NCBI GenBank assembly: GCA_018065365.1
Contig: JAGHTH010000137.1
Coordinates: 1 to 38,874, forward strand
Origin: Candidatus Coliplasma caballi
Lineage (GTDB): Bacteria; Bacillota; Clostridia; Oscillospirales; CAG-382
Direction of reading: 5' to 3'
DNA: 38,874 bases
Below the pieces are notes generated by a model. That model did not search any database and had not been told where the DNA came from. It saw nothing but the letters and a program-made list of their open reading frames with translations. How positions within the stretch are numbered: position 1 is the first letter of the stretch; each line of letters opens with the position of its first letter. The translations under genes and the position numbers were made by a program. Below are positions 1-6,888 of the stretch, in pieces.

Positions 1-619
1 CCGTGCTGTCTTTTTCCACACCGGCGTGCTTTTCGACGAAATCGTAGCCGTTTAAGATCTCCGTTCCGGGAAAGTCCTCGTGCGTCCGGTCAACGCCGGT
101 GTCCAGCACCGCGACGACGATCTCCGGCGAAGCGGTCGCGTTGCTCCAGACCGCCGGGAGTTTGAGAAATTCATACTCCGGAAGTCCGGCGACGACCATC
201 GGATCGTCCGGCAGCGACGCCGTTTCGAGCGTCCGGTCGGCGCAGCAGTACAACAGGTCTCCGCCCGCTTCCGCTTCGAACGCGGAAACGTTTTCCAGAA
301 CAAGAGAAAACACTTTTTCGGACGCGCCGGAAAGCAGTTCCCCGTCTTTTCCGCGCAGCAGTTCGCGGATGCGTTCCTCCGGAACGCCGTCGGCAAAACG
401 AACGATAAACCGCTCGCCGTCGGAGCGGGTTTCACTCACTTCGCGGAACGTTTTTCGGGGCTGCGTTCCGGGCAAAAGTGCCTCGGAAATCGCCGTTTCC
501 CGTGCAAGATCTTCCGCGTGGAACAAAGAAAGGCAACGGCTCTCCGCCCCCGTTCCGCCAAACGCGAAAAACGGGAGTACGAGAACAGTTGCCATGATCC
601 ACGCAAACAACCTTTTCAT
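1..619 (-). CDS. S8 (subtilisin-family) serine peptidase, N-terminal part; gene runs off the left edge
   Basis: Missing from the ORF track because it is open-ended. My translation of the minus strand from the ATG at 619 gives MKRLFAWIMATVLVLPFFAFGG (signal peptide), a pro-region, then VAVLDTGVDRTHEDF...GYDFV, the classic subtilase catalytic-Asp block. An ATGA start/stop overlap with the upstream gene lies at 616-619. Confidence 0.75.
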   Translation of the reverse strand, partial: MKRLFAWIMATVLVLPFFAFGGTGAESRCLSLFHAEDLARETAISEALLPGTQPRKTFREVSETRSDGERFIVRFADGVPEERIRELLRGKDGELLSGASEKVFSLVLENVSAFEAEAGGDLLYCCADRTLETASLPDDPMVVAGLPEYEFLKLPAVWSNATASPEIVVAVLDTGVDRTHEDFPGTEILNGYDFVEKHAGVEKDST

Positions 620-1377
620 GTTCCTCTGCGATCCCCAAACAGTTGATAGACTTCCGCAAGCCGCTCGCTTTCCTCCCGGTGCAAGCGGTCGCGGTATAAG
701 CAGAACGGCGGTTCTGCGATCAGCCCCTCGGAAGCGTCCTTTTTCGCGTCGAGAAGCAGCAAACACGGTTTTTCTTCCGCGGACGGATACACCAGCCGCA
801 GCCGTTTCGGCTCCAGACGGTTGGCTTTCAGCGCCGCGATCAGCGTCGCCATACGATCCGGCAGATACAGGCAGAAGAAATTGCCGCCCTCACGCAAAGC
901 GCGGGAAGCCGCTTCCGCGAGCTGCTCTGCGGTCAGGCAGTCGTCGTGCCACGCCAGCCGCTTTTCGTCCGCAAGATTCTGCTTGCCCGCCCCGGCGCGC
1001 AGATAGGGCGGATTGCAAACGATCGCCGACACGCTGCCGGCGGGCAGAAAATCATTCTTTTCGCGCAGATCGCCGCAAAAAACGCGGACGCGGTCGGAAA
1101 AACCGTTTTCCGCAAAGTTCCGCTCCGCAAGCGCGGCGTACGCGTCCTGCAATTCCACCGCGAGAAAATTGCTCTTGCATCCCGCGGAGAGCAATAACAG
1201 CGGCAGGACTCCGCTGCCGGTTCCGAAATCGGCGCAAAGCCCTCTCCGAAGCTTCGGAAGCGCAAAAGCGGACAGCAGCAAAGCGTCCGTTCCGAAACGG
1301 ATGCCGCTTCTATATTCGCGCAGCGTAACGCCGCCGTTGACGGTGGTTACGACCGTTTCCGCATCCGAAACGTTCAT
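616..1377 (-). CDS. class I SAM-dependent methyltransferase, YfiC/TrmN6-like tRNA (adenine-N6)-methyltransferase
   Basis: 253-aa ORF with SAM motif I (DFGTGSGVL) and the N6-adenine motif IVCNPPY. The SD GAGGGAGAG lies upstream of the ATG at 1377. Confidence 0.7.
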   Translation of the reverse strand: MNVSDAETVVTTVNGGVTLREYRSGIRFGTDALLLSAFALPKLRRGLCADFGTGSGVLPLLLLSAGCKSNFLAVELQDAYAALAERNFAENGFSDRVRVFCGDLREKNDFLPAGSVSAIVCNPPYLRAGAGKQNLADEKRLAWHDDCLTAEQLAEAASRALREGGNFFCLYLPDRMATLIAALKANRLEPKRLRLVYPSAEEKPCLLLLDAKKDASEGLIAEPPFCLYRDRLHREESERLAEVYQLFGDRRGT

Positions 1378-1401
1378 TTGCTCTCCCTCTTTCTCCGCTT
1401 C

Positions 1402-1440
1402 GAGAAAATGCGTCCCATGGAATGCTCCACGGAACGCATC
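1402..1440 (-). terminator. candidate intrinsic terminator of the ferredoxin gene
   Basis: On the minus strand: a 13-bp stem (2 mismatches, arms at 1408-1420 and 1427-1439), loop AGCATT, followed by TTTCTC. It lies 28 nt downstream of the ferredoxin stop. Confidence 0.45.
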
Positions 1441-1467
1441 TCCGTCTGTTTTCTTTTGAGTTCCCGC

Positions 1468-1644
1468 TCAGTTTGCCTTGGGAGCTTCAACCGGGCAAAC
1501 GCCGGCGCAAGCGCCGCACTCCAGGCAGGCATCGGGGTTGATCTCATACTTGCCGTCTTCGCCGCAGGAAATAGCGCCTACGGGGCATTCGCCTTCGCAA
1601 GAGCCGCAGCCGAGGCAAGCGTCTTTGTCAATCATGTAAGCCAT
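1468..1644 (-). CDS. 2x[4Fe-4S] ferredoxin (58 aa)
   Basis: Below the ORF-track size cutoff. My translation is MAYMIDKDACLGCGSCEGECPVGAISCGEDGKYEINPDACLECGACAGVCPVEAPKAN, with two CxxCxxCxxxCP clusters. The SD GGAGG lies 8 nt upstream of the ATG at 1644. Confidence 0.9.
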   Translation of the reverse strand: MAYMIDKDACLGCGSCEGECPVGAISCGEDGKYEINPDACLECGACAGVCPVEAPKAN

Positions 1645-1676
1645 ATCAAAATACCTCCGTCTAACATTGTATGATT

Positions 1677-1705
1677 ATCATATCACATTTTTTTCGCTTT
1701 TGCAA
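1677..1705 (-). promoter_or_regulatory. sigma-A type promoter for the ferredoxin gene
   Basis: Minus strand reads TTGCAA, a 17-nt spacer (aagcgaaaaaaatgtga), then TATGAT with an upstream TG (TGaTATGAT). The -10 ends 32 nt before the ATG. Confidence 0.5.
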
Positions 1706-1762
1706 GAGGAAAAACGCATTTTTTCAAAAGAAAACGCTTTTTTCTTCCTTTTATGCCCGACA

Positions 1763-2707
1763 TTATCGGTCAAAGTCCTTGAACTCCTTGATGGTCGTTC
1801 TGCTCGAGTACGCGATATCCTTGCGATCGTACTCGGCAAAGCGGAACAGATCGCTGCCGTATTCCGTGAGGAACTCCGTCGTAAGATCGGTTTTCGCGTG
1901 TTTGAACAGCCCGATCGTTCTCGCCGGATCGGCTTCCAGAACGGCTCGCTGCTCGTTGACGATCTGCGTCATCAGCATCGAATACATCGTGAGCAGCATC
2001 GAATTCATCTTCTGCCCGCCGTCGCCTGCGTTGAGGCGGTAGTATTCGAGGATGATCCCCAGCGTTTCCTTGTTGAGTCCGACGCGGCCGGCATCCACGT
2101 GGCGATAGTAATCCGCCGGGAGCGCTTCGCCGGGAACGGACTCGTAATCTTCGTATTTGGGGTTTTTATAGTCGATTTCGGTTTTGAGATTGAAATAAGG
2201 TGCGCTCATTCCGGCAATCATATCGGATAGGGAGTCCGGCGTCAGCGTAAGGAAGAAATCCGCGTTGCAGCCGGTCAGCGCCAAAATCATCTCGGACGCC
2301 TGCGCACCGCTGACCATTCCGAACATATCCGAGATCGGCACGGACGCGCCGACGTCGTTGTACAGGGTAGTCGAAACCGGAATGTCGCAGAACGCCACCG
2401 CCTCGCTGTCGAGGTTGTAGCGCAGATAGCGAACGCCGATGACGCTTCCGTCGTCGTTCTTGTAGATCAGCAGTCCGCCGATCGAGCCGCGGACACGCCC
2501 GACGGGATCGGAAATTTCAATCGTGCCGGACGTGGTCTCCCGCTCGGACTCCGTTCCGGAAAAATCGACGGGATCTTCGGACTCGTCCTCATGCTCCGCG
2601 GTGGGAAGCATCGACACCAATTTCGGATAAAACACGTATCCCAGAACGCCGAACACGATCAGCGCAATGAGGAACGTGATGAAAAAATTACGCATGGATG
2701 AGATCAA
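1763..2707 (-). CDS. membrane-anchored hypothetical protein (N-terminal TM helix plus ~230-aa extracytoplasmic domain)
   Basis: 314-aa ORF with a TTG start 6 nt after the SD GGGAGGAA. It has a TM helix (FFITFLIALIVFGVLGYVF) and an acidic linker. I recognise no catalytic motif. Confidence 0.7.
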   Translation of the reverse strand: MISSMRNFFITFLIALIVFGVLGYVFYPKLVSMLPTAEHEDESEDPVDFSGTESERETTSGTIEISDPVGRVRGSIGGLLIYKNDDGSVIGVRYLRYNLDSEAVAFCDIPVSTTLYNDVGASVPISDMFGMVSGAQASEMILALTGCNADFFLTLTPDSLSDMIAGMSAPYFNLKTEIDYKNPKYEDYESVPGEALPADYYRHVDAGRVGLNKETLGIILEYYRLNAGDGGQKMNSMLLTMYSMLMTQIVNEQRAVLEADPARTIGLFKHAKTDLTTEFLTEYGSDLFRFAEYDRKDIAYSSRTTIKEFKDFDR

Positions 2708-2799
2708 AACGGTTTCCTCCCGAACGTTTGGAATGATGAGGAAAAAGCGTAACGCCGCTTTTTCGGTCAGGTCGGATCAAAAAGTTTCGGTTTTGGCTT

Positions 2800-2828
2800 A
2801 TTATACACTATTTTTTTCTGTTTGTCAA
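2800..2828 (-). promoter_or_regulatory. sigma-A type promoter (divergent) for the 1763-2707 gene
   Basis: Minus strand reads TTGACA, a 17-nt spacer (aacagaaaaaaatagtg), then TATAAT. Both hexamers match the consensus perfectly. The leader to the TTG at 2707 is ~90 nt. Confidence 0.55.
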
Positions 2829-2840
2829 TCGCTTTCTTGC

Positions 2841-2869
2841 TTGACATTTGAAAGAAAATAGATTATAAT
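2841..2869 (+). promoter_or_regulatory. sigma-A type promoter for the tandem lipoprotein genes
   Basis: TTGACA, a 17-nt spacer (tttgaaagaaaatagat), then TATAAT. Both hexamers are perfect consensus. It lies 66 nt upstream of the ATG at 2936. Confidence 0.6.
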
Positions 2870-2935
2870 GTAAGCAGACTCGTTTCGGATGTCGGAACGG
2901 GCCGAAAATCTTTCCAAACAAAAGGAGATTACGAC

Positions 2936-4432
2936 ATGAGCATTTCCAAGAAATTCCTCGTTCTGCTGCTGGCTCTTGCCATTCTTTGCCTGCCCGTTCT
3001 TTCGGCATGCGGAGACGACGAGCCGACGGATCAATCCGAGGGAAGCACCGTTTCCGGAGAAGTTTCCGAGAACCCCGCTTCCAATGATATCATCCCCGAA
3101 GTGATCGATCTTCGCCAGCGCCAGATCAACGTCTATTGCGCGAACTGGAATACGGCGTCGATCACCGGCTTCACGGGCGAGATCATTTATTCCACCGAAG
3201 AAAATGAAGCCACGATGATCGATACGCAGAAAAAAGCAGTCATCGATTGGATCGAAGAAAACTATGATTGTTATATCGACGGTGTCCGCGAGACCTCCGG
3301 CAGCTACGTCAATAACGTAAAGAACATGGTCGTAACCGGTGTTTACTCCTACGACATCCTGTTCCACGGGCTCAACACGCTCGCGGGTCTGGCGGTCAAC
3401 GACTACCTGGAAGACCTGAACGGCATTTCGACGCTGCACCTTTCGAACTCCTGGTGGGATCAGCATTCCGTCGAGGATCTTTCCATCGCCAACCATCTCT
3501 ACATGGTCTGCGGCGACATCAACACCTTCGATAACATCGGTACCTGGGTCATGCTGTTCAACAAGAACCTCAAAAACGAGTACAACATTACCGAAGATTT
3601 CTATGCGCTCGCGAGAAACAGAGAGTGGACGCTCGATCGTTTCATGGAGATCTGCAAAGGTCATACGTTTGAATCGAACGAACCCGCCGGTCTGGACGAG
3701 GGCGACAACTGGGCGTTCGGTACCGAATTGTACAACCTGTACGTTACGGCGATCGCGGGCGGCATCAAGATCGCGGAAAAAGACGACAACGATATGCCTT
3801 ACCTGACCGTCGAAAACCGCAAGTCCGAAACGTTCAGCGCATTGCAGAAGACGGTCGATTTCTACCGCAACAGCGGCGACGTCTTGGTTGCCAATACTGC
3901 CGAGTGGCAGGCAAAATACGGCTCCGACTGCTTCAACCAGACCGTGTTCAAGGCGTTCAAGGAAGGCAGACAGCTGTTCTACGAGTGCGGTCTGCTGCAC
4001 GTCGCATCGTTCCGTGAAATGGACGACGAATTCGGCATCCTGCCGATCCCGATGACTTTTGCGGATCAGGACGATTACCACACCACCGTTTCGACCGGCA
4101 ACGCGTCCTTCATGGCGCTGCCCAAGGGCATTACGGAAGTGGAAGACCTCGGCACCGTGATCGAAGCGATCGCGATGAAGTCCAAAGAGCTCGTTACCCC
4201 CGAATTCTACGAGAAACAGCTCAAATACCGCGATACCCGCGATGACGAATCCGCGGAAATGCTCGACATCATCTTCTCTACCAGATCGTTTGACGTCGGC
4301 GCGGCATACAGTTGGGGACTTTCTCTGTACACCAAACTCGACACCGACTTTGAATCCCGTTTCGACGCGGAACTCGATTCGATCAAAATGACGATGGAGG
4401 AAACCGTCGAGACCTTCCGTCTGAGAAGCTGA
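2936..4432 (+). CDS. lipoprotein, paralog 1 of a ~500-aa family (solute-binding-protein-like; function unconfirmed)
   Basis: 498-aa ORF. The SD AAGGAG lies 8 nt upstream. Signal peptide with the lipobox VLSAC-G. It aligns end to end with the next gene. Confidence 0.85.
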   Translation: MSISKKFLVLLLALAILCLPVLSACGDDEPTDQSEGSTVSGEVSENPASNDIIPEVIDLRQRQINVYCANWNTASITGFTGEIIYSTEENEATMIDTQKKAVIDWIEENYDCYIDGVRETSGSYVNNVKNMVVTGVYSYDILFHGLNTLAGLAVNDYLEDLNGISTLHLSNSWWDQHSVEDLSIANHLYMVCGDINTFDNIGTWVMLFNKNLKNEYNITEDFYALARNREWTLDRFMEICKGHTFESNEPAGLDEGDNWAFGTELYNLYVTAIAGGIKIAEKDDNDMPYLTVENRKSETFSALQKTVDFYRNSGDVLVANTAEWQAKYGSDCFNQTVFKAFKEGRQLFYECGLLHVASFREMDDEFGILPIPMTFADQDDYHTTVSTGNASFMALPKGITEVEDLGTVIEAIAMKSKELVTPEFYEKQLKYRDTRDDESAEMLDIIFSTRSFDVGAAYSWGLSLYTKLDTDFESRFDAELDSIKMTMEETVETFRLRS

Positions 4433-4465
4433 TTTTCCGATCCGCAAAAAAGAAAGCGTGAACCC

Positions 4466-5950
4466 ATGAAAACAAGAAACATTTTAATCGCATTGCTCCT
4501 TGTTTCCCTGCTGGCGACGTTCTGTGCCTGCGGCGAAACGGGCGACACCTCCTCGGAGCCGCCCACTACGTCGGAGGAGACCTCGGAAGCTCCCGAAGAC
4601 ACCAACATTTATCCTGAAGTGATCGACCTGCTCGGCAGAGAGATCAACGTTCTCTGCTGGGACTGGGGCGCCGGCTCCAACTCCATCCTCGGCTACACGG
4701 GCGAGATCCTGTACAGCACCGAGGACAGAGCGACCGCGGTCGATACCGCCAAGGCGGCGGTCATTGACTGGGTGGAAGACACCTATCACTGCACGATCGG
4801 CGGCATTCTGGATTCTTCCGCCGACCCGCAGCAGACCGTGATGAATATGCTGACGACCGGGCTTTACAACTACGACATCCTGTTCCAGAATTCCACCAGA
4901 TTGTCCGGAATGGTTACCAACAATCTGCTGACCGATCTGAACAGCATCCCGACGCTCCACCTCTCGAACAGTTGGTGGGATCAGAACTCCGTGCAGGATC
5001 TTTCCATCGCAAACCACCTGTACTACGTCTGCGGCGATATCAACACCTACGACAACCTCGGAACGTGGTGCATCCTGTTCAACAAAGACCTCAAGGAAGC
5101 CATGAACATTGAGGAGGACTTCTATCAGACCGTCAAGGACGGCGGCTGGACGTTCGATCATTTCATGGAGATCTGCAAAGACGTTACGCACGAATCCGAC
5201 GGTACGCCCGGCATCAACGAGCTGGACACCTGGGCATTCGGCACCGAGACCTACAATATGTACGTTCAGGTCCTTGCAGGCGGCATCAAGATCGTCGAGA
5301 AAGACGACAATGATCTCCCCTTCTTCACGGTCGAGAAGCGTACCGAAGAAACCTACAACGCGCTGACCAAGATCGTGGACTTCTACAAGAGCGCGGACGT
5401 CATGGTCGCCAACGACGGCACCTACAATTCCAAGTACACGAACGTTTGGGAAGGCACCGTCCACAAGGCGTTCATTGAAGGGCGCGAGCTGTTCTACGAG
5501 TGCGGACTGATCAACGTAGCGTCGTTCCGCCGGATGGACAACGAATTCGGCATCCTGCCCGTTCCGATGACCTTTGATGGTCAGGACCGTTTCTACCACA
5601 CCGTTTCGAGCGACAACTCCTCCTACCTTGCCATTCCGTTCGGTGTTCCGAACGAGGAGGACCTCGGCGTCGTGATCGAAGCCATTTCGATGAAATCGAA
5701 AGAACTCGTTACCCCCGAATTCTACGACATTCAGCTCAAATACCGCGACGCGCGCGACGACGAGTCCGCCGAAATGCTCGATCTGATTTTTGCGACCAGA
5801 TCGTTCGACCTCGGCAGCGCGTTCCGCTGGGGCAACATTCTCGGACAGTACATGACGCTTGACAGCAACTTCGCTTCCCGTTTCGACTCGGCGCTGATCG
5901 CAGCAAACACCGCGATGCAGAACACGATCGATTCGATCAAGATCAGCTGA
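4466..5950 (+). CDS. lipoprotein, paralog 2 of the same family
   Basis: 494-aa ORF with a signal peptide and a Cys-containing lipobox-like FCAC-G. It shares long identical blocks with paralog 1: TLHLSNSWWDQ, DLSIANHLY, FMEICK, LFYECGL, MKSKELVTPEFY, RDDESAEMLD. Confidence 0.85.
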   Translation: MKTRNILIALLLVSLLATFCACGETGDTSSEPPTTSEETSEAPEDTNIYPEVIDLLGREINVLCWDWGAGSNSILGYTGEILYSTEDRATAVDTAKAAVIDWVEDTYHCTIGGILDSSADPQQTVMNMLTTGLYNYDILFQNSTRLSGMVTNNLLTDLNSIPTLHLSNSWWDQNSVQDLSIANHLYYVCGDINTYDNLGTWCILFNKDLKEAMNIEEDFYQTVKDGGWTFDHFMEICKDVTHESDGTPGINELDTWAFGTETYNMYVQVLAGGIKIVEKDDNDLPFFTVEKRTEETYNALTKIVDFYKSADVMVANDGTYNSKYTNVWEGTVHKAFIEGRELFYECGLINVASFRRMDNEFGILPVPMTFDGQDRFYHTVSSDNSSYLAIPFGVPNEEDLGVVIEAISMKSKELVTPEFYDIQLKYRDARDDESAEMLDLIFATRSFDLGSAFRWGNILGQYMTLDSNFASRFDSALIAANTAMQNTIDSIKIS

Positions 5951-6041
5951 CGACAGAAAAAACAAAATAAGTAAAAAAGATCGGATTTTGAAAAAAGCAT
6001 TTTTGAATTTCTCTGCTTTTTGACAAAGGATCTGATCTGAT

Positions 6042-6857
6042 TTGACTACACTGCAAGCCGTTTTTTACGGAATTCTTCAGGGATTGGCGGAATTTCTGCC
6101 GATCTCCAGTTCCGGCCATCTCGCGTTGGCACATACGTTTTTCGGGGCGTCGGATGCGGAGCATCTCGCATTCGACGTCCTGCTCCATTTTGCCACCCTG
6201 CTTTCGATCGCGGTTTCGTTCCGAAAAGACGTTTCGGCGCTGTTCGGCGGCGGGTTGTCCGTCGCGGCAAGGGTGTTTCGCAGAACGAAGGAGCCGCTTT
6301 CCGACAGAGAGCGCCTGTTCCTGTATCTCTGCGCCGCTTCCGTACCTCTTTTGCCCGCTTCGCTCTTTGCAGACCGGATCGAAGCGTTGGGCCGCAGCGC
6401 CGTCCTTGTCGGTACGCTGTTGATCTGCAACGGTATCCTGCTGCTCGTTTCGGACGCGCTCCCCGCCGGGACACGCCGCCCGGAGCGGTTAGGAGTTCCG
6501 CGCGCCCTGTTTATCGGCTGCACACAGACGTTCGGGATCCTGCCCGGCATCTCGCGTTCCGGCTCGACGATCACGGGCGGAAGGATCGGCGGACTAAACG
6601 GAGAGAGCGCCGTCCGGTTTTCGTTTTTACTTTCGATCCCCGCCGTGCTGGGCGCTTCCGTACTCGAACTCCCCTCGTTTTTCGCGCACGGGATCGAGCC
6701 CGCCATGCGCCTTCCCTGCCTGGTCGGTTTTCTGACCGCGTTTTTCACGGGGCTGGGCGCAATCCGGCTTTTGCGTTTCTGTTCGGAACGCAGGGGCTTT
6801 ACGTATTTCGGTTTGTACACAATCGCAATCGGGCTGATCGCCGTTCTGATCGGCTGA
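6042..6857 (+). CDS. uppP: undecaprenyl-diphosphate phosphatase
   Basis: 271-aa polytopic membrane ORF. The N-terminus GILQGLAEFLPISSSGHL is the BacA/UppP signature, and PGISRSGSTI is the second motif. TTG start with AAAGGA 11 nt upstream. Confidence 0.9.
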   Translation: MTTLQAVFYGILQGLAEFLPISSSGHLALAHTFFGASDAEHLAFDVLLHFATLLSIAVSFRKDVSALFGGGLSVAARVFRRTKEPLSDRERLFLYLCAASVPLLPASLFADRIEALGRSAVLVGTLLICNGILLLVSDALPAGTRRPERLGVPRALFIGCTQTFGILPGISRSGSTITGGRIGGLNGESAVRFSFLLSIPAVLGASVLELPSFFAHGIEPAMRLPCLVGFLTAFFTGLGAIRLLRFCSERRGFTYFGLYTIAIGLIAVLIG

Positions 6858-6888
6858 ATGCGCAAAATAAATCAAAGGAATCAAGCAA

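Noticed and set aside
2825-5965. Very long antisense ORFs (2825-4447, 540 aa; 4484-5965, 493 aa) covering both tandem lipoprotein genes. A similar one (11625-13229, 534 aa) lies opposite paralog 3.
   Set aside because: They are codon-aligned (in register) with the sense genes, so stops could arise only from sense TTA, CTA or TCA codons, which this GC-rich genome avoids. Their translations are Arg/Val/Gly/Asp-rich nonsense with no SD or motifs. This is the classic shadow-ORF artefact.
5992-6021. The AAAAAGCA...TGCTTTTT hairpin after lipoprotein paralog 2 as a terminator.
   Set aside because: The stem is only 8 bp and mostly A-U, with a 14-nt loop, and the T-run is part of the stem. It is too weak to call.
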